In this document: one piece after another, positions 1 to 11,195 of the stretch
Layout: each line of letters starts with the position of its first letter
Numbering within the stretch: the stretch's first letter is position 1
Made by a program: the position numbers and the translations under genes
The notes under the pieces: model-generated
The model's input: the letters and a program-made list of their open reading frames with translations, nothing else
Database searches by the model: none
What the model was told of the DNA's origin: nothing
Source: Chrysomallon squamiferum
Taxonomy: Eukaryota; Animalia; Mollusca
NCBI GenBank assembly: GCA_012295275.1
Contig: CM022665.1
Location: 29,760,001-29,824,000, forward strand
Direction of reading: 5' to 3'
Length of the DNA stretch: 64,000 nucleotides

Positions 1-1599
1 AAAGAAAATCAATTTAATTTTCAGTTTTTCTAACGGAGTATTCGGAATTGTATAAAATGTGATTTCACTTTACGCTTAATAACTCAACGAATGTGACAGT
101 TTAATGATTTAGATGACGCTGTAAAAAGAACTAAATCTTTCACTTGATATCCAGATTTGGATAAGATCTCCATAAATCCTTTTGATTAAAAAGATTTAAT
201 CTTTCTTATAACAATAAGCCGTGTTTTCTGGACTTATACCAATTACTGCATTGTTTTCAGCGGAACAAAAAGTGGCTCAAAATCAGTTTTGTTGTATTTG
301 TGTAAAATGAAAAGTTAAACATGTTCAGAAAAAATATAAAAAATCGTTTTAGAAAGAAAAAAAAGTGTTCGGGATATTTGGTGCTTTCGTGCTTTCTATA
401 AATGTTTTTATCTTTGCATGGAGCAGTTTCAATTACATTTTATGCTCGCTTTTGCCATTCGTTAGCTGAAATATTGCTTTTTGCTCATCTGTTTATTGAA
501 CCAAAATTCACAAAAGAGAAACACACACACAAACACACATACATACAAACTCACATACACATATACATTACACACAAAAACAAACGCACTCGCAAAAACT
601 GTAGAGGAGAGCACAGAGACTGATGTAACACACATAAACTCTTTTAATTAATTATTTGCATGTAGATTGTATAAGCACGCACATGCACACGATCCACATG
701 AATATATAAGTAGGCTTACGCTTTTGATACATCTAAGAGATCGCTGTCGATGGTGATCGATGTCAGTGATAATCGCATTTTAATTGGTAAAGAACTGTTC
801 AAATGAGCTTGCCATGGGTCATGACTCTGAGAATCTGCCCGAGACAGGTGGGAACCGCTTTCACTCTGCCTCTCCTATCGCATTCATTACCCGACTATTA
901 CAGCATAACAGAAAATCCGCTTTTCATACTGGCTAAGCTGGGCCAAACCATTAGTGACTTTTTGCAATAACACCCTTCAACTTTCGTCTTCTGGCGCCGC
1001 TGTTATCTTTAATACACATGCTAAAGCTCGTCATATAATTTTAATAATAACATGGCTGAGATAATATACGGGCAATCTGTTTATATTAAATGTATAACTA
1101 CGTTTGTATGGTTATGTGCAGTCAGAGGAACGGCAAATAGCAAAGATTCTTTGGTGATGTACATTAAACGAGCAACATACGGAATCGTTTATCTCGATAT
1201 AATGGTCGGTTGACCGTTTTGAAGAAATTGATGATAACGATAGTAATCATAAAGATATAGTTTATTAACGTACAACCCATAATTCATCAAAGATGAGACA
1301 AATAACTGGTTAGTGGGTGGTAACATTATTTGTTATTGTGAGCATTTGCTGTGTTAGGGTGATCAAGAATAATATGAACAAAAAGCAGATTAATAAAATA
1401 AATAAATACAAATATACAGCAACAGATGATTAATAGATGAAAAAGAATAGCCAGGACGCCCCAGAAAATGATATTGATTAGCAATTTTTATCTTTTCTTT
1501 TGCTAATTTCTTTAATACTGACATAAAGATTTTTGTATAAATTTGATTTAAAATAAAATAATAGCACCGAGGATGTCTAAATATCTTGAAATACAATTT

Positions 1600-1817
1600 T
1601 TCTTCATTCGTGTGTTGAGAGAGGCGACACAAGAAAACCGATGTACATCGCGTGTCTTCACTTGGAAACTTTACGAAGGGAAATGACCAGAGGAAGAGCA
1701 GCTGCACGTTGGAGGGATGAGTACTTGAAAGGAACCTTCTAGTACAGACAGTGCAACACAGTCAGATGTACAAACTACATGTCGCGGATTTCGGGTCACT
1801 ACAATGAATAATAATAA

Positions 1818-1860
<43 letters not shown>
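1600..1860 (+). mobile_element. 3' fragment of an RTE-clade LINE with (AAT)n tail, degenerate
   Basis: ~1651-1721 translates, with one stop and one frameshift, as RVFTWKLYEGK*-RGRAAARWRDE. This resembles the C-terminal W.P...KR.RGRP..RW.D motif of RTE ORF2 and is followed by an (AAT)n run at ~1803-1860. Confidence 0.45.
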
Positions 1861-1863
<3 letters not shown>

Positions 1864-2387
1864 CAACAACAATCATAATAAAATAATTAAAACCTATTAC
1901 AAACTTAATGTGTGTTTATATATATATATATGTATATGTCTGTATATATATATATTTAAATATATTTGTTTATATATATATATATATATATTTGTTTGTA
2001 TGTAATGTTTATCTTTTTTTTCTTTTTCATAAAACACAGTAAATAATTCATACAAATACATCGGGGAAAGACCTAATAATGTAACAGGACAAGCCCATCG
2101 TGAGAATTTATCCTCCTAGGCTATGATTACCCTCTGTCGAAGTAAACAAATATCTTAACTATACTCAGCCAGACGATCATTATGCTATGTTTAGATATAT
2201 CCAATCAGGATTATGTGACAGTCGATATATAATTAACGATATGAGACTTGTTACTTAAATCCGATGTCATTGCCCCAGCTGGCAGTGTGGTAAAGAGTGT
2301 AAATTGTTTAATGATTATTCGCACAGTCTCAACCATCTTTGTTCAGTCCTGCTGCTTCTTCTTGACCTTGCTGTTGTTCGTATTCGC

Positions 2388-2388
<1 letters not shown>

Positions 2389-2480
<92 letters not shown>

Positions 2481-2498
2481 TTCGTGCTGTCTCTCGAG

Positions 2499-2535
<37 letters not shown>
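2389..2535. repeat. Compound microsatellite (TC)n ... (CG)n(CA)n
   Basis: Directly visible; it generates the poly-SL/RE/HT ORFs in the track. Confidence 0.95.
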
Positions 2536-2538
<3 letters not shown>

Positions 2539-5500
2539 AACACCCACACACACAGAAAACCATATGCAGTCGGGTATACTGACTCTGTATCTCACGCATA
2601 CACAAATACGCTGCCTGTTTTTCTTTTTCATCTATTAACACACATTCCAACACTTGCACATACGTCAATACATGTTTGCATGCTCTTTCTGTCTTTCTGT
2701 GAAACACACACACAGATACAACACATAATACGCACAGTCTTTCTAGATCTCTTTCAGTTGCCTTTCTTTCCCTAAATAAAAATATTATTTAATTCTCTGT
2801 GGAAACTGCCACAATTTCATTCATGAGTGAATTCTCTAATGAAAAGGGAATATTCTAGAAAATAAAAGAAAAACTAATTTTGAAAAAAGAAAAAGAAAAA
2901 AAAACACTAAAAATATCTAGGAACAACAGAACTTGAATATTCAAAATGTTATATTAAGTTTGTGATTGAGAAGATTCTTTTCATATCGTGCATTTTGTTA
3001 TTTACTCTTTGTTATAAACATTTACAACTGAAGGCATAACCTTTATTAAAATTTAACTATTTTGGTATAAAGTTTCAGCTGACGTCACACACTTTCTAAG
3101 TATTTTTTTTTTTTCGATTAATGAATCGTGTATGGTATTTACTTATAAACTGAGCATAAAAGCAGGAACATAATTTATTTAAAGCGTAATTCTGAAATTA
3201 ATAATAATAATAATAATAAAACAGAGAACGTCATTAAAGCTTAGATGTAAAAACCAGCAAAAACTAGAAATATAAAATAACACTATCTAGTGTGTGCATG
3301 TGCACACACACACATTCACACACACATACGAAATTTAATCGAAGGGACAGTAAGCTGATATTAAACGCCTTAGTTTAACGACACTATATTATATCAAAAC
3401 CTGTAGTTAACAAAGATTTAATTCTAACGCTGAAAAATCGACCCGTATTCCTAATTGTATGTTTTCTTGTGAGAACTGTTGTTGGGTTTTTATTGTGATT
3501 GTTTTTTTTTTTTTTGGATGAACTACTTACAAATCCAGAAACAAATATTTGCAAGATGCACTAAACACACCTCTCTGTCATTTTAGTCCTACTTCGAAAA
3601 CGGAATTTCTTAGATGTCTCAGAATATTAAATGTACACGTACATCCATCGCTATCCAAGAATAAACAAACTCTCTACTTTTTGCTGATTCCATTTTAATC
3701 ATTTTTAAAAGTCAAATGCTCATAAAAATTTTGCTTTTTTATTGCTTTCGCTAGATAATTTTCTGCAGCGAGCCCGAAAGAGTTGAATCCATTCCATATT
3801 CTCAGCGTTGTTGACCATAGCTCTATTAGTGCAGTCAACAACACCGAAATTACATTATACTTTAAAGGAAAATAGAAAGAGAAAATGGTTTTGCGATATC
3901 AGAATTTCTTTCAAAAAGTTGAAATAAAATAACTCCTATTTATCTGTTTATTAAAATTATTTACGTTCAATTAACGATGTATCAACATATCTACCGACAC
4001 TTTCATACAAGTGGGGAGATGGCAATACTTTATTTAGTGTTACAGTTTTTACCATAAAAGTGTTTGAAATTGAATTATTAACGATTCTTACGGCAGTTTC
4101 TCTATTTATTAAAACCATTATTCAGTTAGCTAACGATGCACACAAATATTTGCAAAGCTTTTCACTACATGTGGCAGACAAATGGAGAATTATTTATGCA
4201 TCAGTATTTTCTCTAGAAGTTTTGAAATTTAATTATTCTTATTTCTTGCAGCAATTTCTCAACTTATTAAACTTATTGCACTTGTTATGTAAGAACACAC
4301 ATTTGGCAAGACTCCCAGTTCTGTGATGTATAAAAGCTGAGAATTAACAATACCTTGTCAGTAAGTGAAACAGAATCAGAATGAAGTCAGTCGTTTGGGT
4401 GATTAACAAGGTGTAAGGTCATTTGGCAAACTAAACGTTTCGCAAAATCTACATCGGTCATAGCAGTCTAAAGGGTTCAAATGGACTCGTAAAACCGAGA
4501 TAATGGTTCTGTTATTCTGACGTAAAACACAGTTACCGTGCCAAAAATGATTCACGCCGGAAACTTACACTGAGCAAACCTCTGCGAAAAAGCGCCTCTA
4601 GGTTACGTTACATCAGTGTTCAATTATTTATTGAAATTTTGACATGCAACATGCCGATATAAGTCAGATTTAATTTATGTGTTTCCACTGTAGTCAGATT
4701 TTGTTACTGTTTTAAAATATTTATTTATTATAATTATTATTATTATTTTTTTTTTTTTTTTTAAAGCAATATCCAATAGTTTCAGTCTTATCTATATGGT
4801 AACACATTTTAAATAAAACGTACGTCATAATCATTATTAAATAAATATCTACTAAGTTTCAAACCAATAGCTGTATTCTTGCAAATAATATTTGTAGACT
4901 GAATTGTGTAATATGTTTTTCTACCGTGTAATTGTACAGATTGTTAGGAAAAATGTACCTTAAATATAGAACAAAAATTCAAGAACTGTTTTCACATAAG
5001 GACTCTAGAATTTAAAAAGACTGAGATAAACAGACAATGCTTGTTTTCAGTGGAAGGAATTATTTTAAAAACATACTAGACATGAAATATAGCGTTCTGA
5101 TTTTAGAAAAAAAATTAATATATAAACTAGTCAAGGAACAGAATGGGTCAAGTTATACTTCATCCTTGGTGTAAGTCCACGCCTTGATGTTAAATCAGGG
5201 ATAAGATTTAGTCCCGATACCATCGCAGTTTTTAAAAAGATGAATGTCTGATGGTCTTTTCACTTCGATTCGTCATGTGACATTTAATTTAATATTAACA
5301 GAAATTTAAGCCAAAAGAAAAATCCGATAAAACAAAAACGAGAGGAGGTTTTGAAACCAAAGAAATTAATTGAACGCAAAATGTAAACGTAAGCAAAAAA
5401 AGTAAATAAATAATAATAAAAAAAAATAATAATAATAAAAAAAAATAAAAAAACCCACCAGACTGAAGATGTTATAAAATATTCTGTTATTAATTTCCTA

Positions 5501-6190
5501 TAACAGAAAACTGTTTTGTTAGGTAAATAAAATGTCTGTGATAATATGTAAACTGCACTGCGCAAATGAAATTAACTTGTGTTGATTCAGCTACTGAGCG
5601 AACACTTGGTTGCGTGTGATAGCATTGTCAAAGAAAACCAGTAATAAAATGAATTACGAAAGAAAATAACAATTGTCGTCTGAACAGTAGTTGTAACAGA
5701 AATATCATGAAATACAAAAAAAAAAAAAAAAAAAAAAAACCAACAAGAAACAACAAAAGAAACTCCAAGTAAAATAGGAATACAACAACAACAATAATAA
5801 TGATAATAATAACGATAACGATGATGATAATAACAATGAAGAAGAATGAAACAACAAAAATATTGAAAATAACAAGGGGAAAAAAAATTTGAAACAACAA
5901 CAATAATGGTAATAAACTGCTTGAAAAGCTAATAATTAGACTCAAAGTAAAATCATCAAGGAAATAACTGTAAATTCAATATTTAAGTAAATATACAACA
6001 TATCAGAATATTAACCTGTTCTTACCTACAATTTATAACACAGACCAAGGCGAGTTCCCGCTTTTATATGGTAATATAAAACAAGAATAATTATTATCTT
6101 AAACAGACAACTGAATATAGGGAATTCTTACCTTATTTTAAAAGGGAAAAGGAGCCGTTCGTGCCTTTTATATGACAAAGCAGAATAAAA

Positions 6191-6660
6191 GAGATCTTAT
6201 CTTAATATGACAACACAGAATACAACACAGAATAAAAGAGATCTTATCTTAAAATGACAACACAGAATACAACACAGAATAAAAGAGATCTTATCTTAAT
6301 GTGACAACACAGAATACAACACAGAATAAAAGAGGTCTTATCTTAATGTGACAACACAGAATACAACACAGAATAAAAGAGATCTTATTTTAATATGACA
6401 GCACAGAATACAACACAGAATAAAAGAGATCTTATCTTAATATGACAGCACAGAATACAACACAGAATACAACACAGAATAAAAGAGATCTTATCTTAAT
6501 ATGACAACACAGAATACAACACAGAATAAAAGAGATCTTATTTTAATATGACAGCACAGAATACAACACAGAATAAAAGAGATCTTATTTTAATATGACA
6601 GCACAGAATACAACACAGAATAAAAAAGATCTTATCTTAATGTAACAACACAAAATAAAA
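6191..6660. repeat. 47-bp minisatellite, ~10 copies, derived from the ankyrin exon/intron junction
   Basis: Unit gagatcttatcttaatatgacaacacagaatacaacacagaataaaa starts at 6191, 6238, 6285, 6332, 6379, 6426, 6485, 6532, 6579 and 6626. It has an internal 12-bp duplication (acaacacagaat), and one unit carries three copies. Confidence 0.95.
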
Positions 6661-6926
6661 ACAATTTTAATCTTAACACGACAACACAGAAAAAGAGTTT
6701 TAACTTAATACAACACAGAAAAAAGACAGTTTTAGCTTAATACAACACAAAATAAAACAACAACACAGAAAAAAGTTATTTCTTACATTATTTTAACAAC
6801 AACAGACACAGATTGTTTTTTTTTTACCTTACTGTGACAAAGAGAAAAAGGAGGAAAGCTCACCTTATGCGATAAGTAGGAAAATGTAAGTTTTTACGTT
6901 ATTTAACGAACTGAAAAACGGGGGAA

Positions 6927-7198
6927 ATCTTACCTTATGTGATAAACAGAAAAAGGTGAGTTGTTACGTTATGTGATAAACAGAAAAAGGTGAGTTGTTA
7001 CGTTATGTGATAAACAGAAAAAGGTGAGTTGTTACGTTATGTGATAAACAGAAAAAGGTGAGTTGTTACGTTATGTGATAAACAGAAAAAGGCGAGTTGT
7101 TACGTTATGTGATAAACAGAAAAAGGCGAGTTGTTACGTTATGTGATAAACAGAAAAAGGTGAATTGTTACGTTATGTGATAAACAGAAAATGGTGAG
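6927..7198. repeat. 34-bp minisatellite, 8 copies, in register with the authentic splice donor
   Basis: Unit ttgttacgttatgtgataaacagaaaaaggtgag starts at 6927, 6961, 6995, 7029, 7063, 7097, 7131 and 7165. The next in-phase position (7199) is the real exon/intron junction. Confidence 0.95.
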
Positions 7199-7205
7199 TT
7201 CTTAC

Positions 7206-7370
7206 CTTAATGTGGCAACACAGAATGAGGGGAGTCCTTCCTTCGGCATCCATGATATTGAGAAGATTTGTTTTCGCTGCTTGCAGAATAAACTTGGTAA
7301 CCTTAACTTTCCCTTTGGAGATTGAATCGAAGAGAAGAAACTCGTCTGAAGTTACAGATTTGCTTGTCAT
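7206..7370 (-). CDS. First coding exon of an ankyrin-repeat protein (ANKRD34/63-like N-terminus); downstream exons not found in the window
   Basis: MTSKSVTSDEFLLFDSISKGKVKVTKFILQAAKTNLLNIMDAEGRTPLILCCHIK contains the ankyrin N..D..GRTPL motif after a helix-loop-helix. It ends at a strong phase-0 donor AAG|GTAAGA (GT at 7205-7204). Confidence 0.75.
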
Positions 7371-8099
7371 GATTAATCTTTGTTAGCAGTACTGAGATTT
7401 ATTACAAATAAAATAATTTCGAGTTATAATCAACTCACAGAAAATAAAGTTTAAAATATCTTTTCACAATGTATGTTTTGTTTCTTTTTTCTTTTCTTCT
7501 CAAAATCATATATTAGTAAAGAGTCAGCTGAAAGCTTTTTTCATGCCGTTTATCAAAACAATTTAAATATCCGATAAATTAAATATTATCTTTACCATCT
7601 TCTGTGTAGACAGTTTTTTTCTTTTAGCAATTTTTTTTTTTTTTTTTTTTTTTTTTCTTGGACAGTGACTTCGCAGATGTAAACCTGAGCCTGTCTTTTA
7701 TTAGAATGTCACTTCTTATCCATTTCTGCCGTCCATTGTCCATGAATCACATTTTTATCTAAAATGAAATGTAAAGCTATTTGAATCTTTGCAGTAAATA
7801 CTTCATTAAAGAAAGATCAGCTGGATTATCAATTTTTTCCAAGATGACTGTTTGAAGCATAGGAAAAATGCTTCACAATCAGCGGAGAATTCCTTTCCAA
7901 ATATCTCTTTTCTTAAGCGACGAGTGTCCCTTCAGATATCTTGAGACAAAAGATCTACATCTCTTTAAATACTGTTTTTTTTTTCTAGATTAGTTTTTTC
8001 TCAGAATCAATTACCTCAACTGACACAAGAAAAACTAATATCGCACCTCCAGCGAAGGCTTGTTCACTGTTTATTCGTTGAGATCACGTCAACGTTAGC

Positions 8100-8480
8100 T
8101 GCACTTGTCAAATAAAAACTTGTTCCTAGAAATTACTGTTTGTCCAATGACACCAAGAGAGCGATACCGCACGTTAAGCGAAGACTTCTTTCTAGATGTC
8201 ACTGTTTATCAACTGACACGCTGCCAGAGATTGGCGCAAGTTAAGTGAATAGCTTCTGTTAGAAATCTCTGTTTTCTAATACCGCAAAGCCATGGATCGC
8301 TGCAGGTTAAGCGAAAACTTGCTCGCAGAACTCACCGTTTGTCAACTGACACATGAAGATCTCCGTGGATTAAACAAAAAGCTGCTTCGAGAAATCTCTG
8401 TTTTCCAATGACAAAAAGCCAGAGATCGCCGCACTAAGCGAGGATTTGCTGACAAAAATCAGTGTTTGTCACTCAAACAG
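8100..8480. repeat. Old ~63-67-bp degenerate minisatellite with dimeric higher-order structure
   Basis: Units begin ttaagcgaa-like at ~8108, 8174, 8241, 8307, 8370 and 8434. Alternate units share either 'cactgtttatcaactgacac' or 'agaaatctctgttttccaatgac'. Confidence 0.7.
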
Positions 8481-8628
8481 ATAACTCTGAATGACCAGCT
8501 ATATCGAGATTTAACTAACCTCAGCATAAAACATCAGCGAATTTAAAACATTGCGTTCAGATCTCCGTCTCTACAGATAATGGATTAATACAAGTAAGGT
8601 TATTTATTTCTGCTCGCCATAGACTTAC

Positions 8629-8870
8629 CAAAGGATAAAATTTTATAAACGTAAAAAAGTAATATACCGACAGTAATTTTCTTCTCTAATGACAAAGTGT
8701 TCTCCACGGAGCCGTTTTAACAATTTGTTTAAGAAAGGCAAATAGAAAAGTCCTTCAGCGAATGAGCGGAATTATGTCATACGCTTTCAAGGATAACCAA
8801 GCAGCCTGGCGCCGCTTTTCCAATCAGGGTGTTCTCAATAATGGTACTTCTCGAGATTGGCAGTCGATAT
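8629..8870 (-). promoter_or_regulatory. Possible non-coding first exon/promoter of the ankyrin gene
   Basis: Minus-strand donor TTG|GTAAGT at ~8623-8630; CCAAT boxes at ~8820 and ~8856 in a locally GC-richer patch. Motif-level evidence only. Confidence 0.25.
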
Positions 8871-9540
8871 GGGAAAGTGTTTTATTTTATCTGTTTTTCA
8901 CGATTATATGAAGTAATCTGGATGCTGATAAAATCTGATTGAATTCCTATTTAGTTGGAGATGAGATACTATTATCAACACAAGTGTTTATATCTCGTCT
9001 TCACCGATAACTGTTTAAAGAAACTCATACTGTTTGCAGACGGCGTTTTACAAATAACGTGCTAGTTTATTAAAAACATACATACATACATACATACATA
9101 AAATAAAATAAAATAAAATAAATAAACTTATATATGTGTGTTTGTATGCATATGTGTGAATGTACATACATACTTGTATGTATAGTTCTGTGGCATATAT
9201 TATAAATGTATCACAAACATATAAAAGTTGATTTTGAAAGCAACAGCATATTAAATATATATTCGCAGTATATTTTGTTTTTCTATTTTATGACATATAT
9301 GACAAATTGTTTTCAAATTCAGTACCTTTTTTGCTTATGTACCAACATATAACTTACACTGAGACAGTTCGTGAGTTTGGCTCCATTGTGCGGCAGCCGG
9401 TAAACATTATCACCATTAATAATGATACACGAAGTGCAATGTAAAAGTATAACATTACCGCAGAAAGATTTTACATACAATTCTCCTATCTGCCACCAAT
9501 ACACTGGTAGTGCGATGATTTCAACATGTTGATACATATA

Positions 9541-10010
9541 CAGTAGAACCTCGGAAGTCGAACGATTCGATACTCGAGGAATTTAAATTTCGAGCCAAAT
9601 TTTTTTTTTTTAAAAAAAAAAATCCGGTTAGAATATCGGGGAAAAAAAAAAAATTCAAACTTCGAGTTATAGGAACGCGGGTCGCCTGACCGAAAACAAA
9701 AATTTAATACTCGCCTAATCTCTCCATTGAATCGCAGGCACAGTCATTTCACTTTAGAATTTGGCTTAGTGAGCATCTCTCCAATTGTATTTGTTTATTT
9801 TTAAAAAGCAGGCAATAGAAAATGACATTGGACAGATTCTTCTGTGAAAAAAACATCAAATGATGGTTGTAGTGCTAGTGTTAGTGAGCAACAACTCTCG
9901 ACCCGCGGAACAAAGAGGAAAAGACAACCCACACCAACCTGACATTTTTATGAAAGACGACTCACCGTCCAAAACAGTCACTACAACTCCTTACCATCTT
10001 TGAGTCAGAA
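9541..10010 (+). mobile_element. Non-autonomous pogo/Tigger-like DNA transposon remnant
   Basis: TA followed by TIR-like CAGTAGAACCTCG. Internal remnants translate as LKSRQ*KMTLDRFF (~9801-9842) and PDIFMKDDSPSK (~9939-9974), resembling Tigger transposase C-termini. The right TIR was not found. Confidence 0.6.
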
Positions 10011-11195
10011 GATTTTTTAATGCATGTATGTATGTATGTATATGCATGTTTAGATGTATGTATGTTCGCACGAAAGTATTTATCTATGTATGTATGTATG
10101 TAAATCTGAGATGTGTCTAAATTTTCAAAAACTGTCGTAGAACGTTGCCTATGAAGGTAAGAGCAGTTTTGCCCAGACCTGGTTGCTGCTTGCGAAGCGC
10201 CTCGTGATTGTTCAAGCTTCAAGGCCCCAAACATGCAGGTCCTCCACTGAGTGTGTGTTCTACTTGTGAATGTACACATAAGCACATATGAACCTAGGCA
10301 TGCAAATATACACGTACGTAGCTACGTATAAACGTGTTCTTTTTTTATTTTCCGATTTAATTGTCATCAGAATAAAACGATAATCAAAGTCTAGATGTAA
10401 AGAATGTGAAGACCTTTTGGCCTATCATATTATGGAAAGTCTATATAGATTTCTGTTTCAATTCGTCCTATCATAATCAAGCCAATTAACTAGAGTTCGA
10501 TAATAGGATTTGCACGGAAATATATCAGGATATTAATTCTACGGTTGCAAGTCCAGTCTATTGCTGCTGTATTTGTATTGGTGAAGTAAACAGTTGACCT
10601 TGTAGATCAAGTAAAGAATTTTACATGACAACGACGTGTATTTTTGATCATATTTATTTCAGAATATCTCTATAATTTTATACTAGTAATTAATTTGATA
10701 ATGATAATGACTAAAATGCAACAGAAGACACACGTTTTACTCTATCCGCAGCAACAACAACGACAATAATAATAATAAATATAACAAAATGATGATTTGA
10801 ACGAGAATCTTTGTATCTTTCTTACAGAATGGCAGTTAACCACTGAATAAAAGAATGGGTTCGCTAACATCTGTTTTTAAATGAATACGTCCGCTTGTAA
10901 TCACAGGCATTATCAGACCCACTGTAATGTTACGTTATTGCGAACTGATTATAATCAATATTTTGGGTGTGCATGTTAAATGCTCACACCATTCCAAGAT
11001 GGAAGATTCATCGCAGATAATAAGCTCACTCAGTAATATAATCATGAACTAATTTTTCTGTTCCCTGTTACGAAATATTGTGATAGTTGTTTTGTGATAC
11101 AGAACCGGACGGATGGTGGGATGATCAAAGAACGATAAAAATAAGTGGCGAGGAGTGAGAGACATTCTGCCAGCACAGCCAGTTACGATAATCAT

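Noticed and set aside
1-6000. Search for the second exon of the ankyrin gene
   Set aside because: No ankyrin-like reading frame with splice sites was found on the minus strand; it probably lies beyond the window.
6191-7198. Regular 34-47-bp repeats resembling a CRISPR array
   Set aside because: Units are head-to-tail with no unique spacers, there are no cas genes, and the context is a eukaryotic intron.
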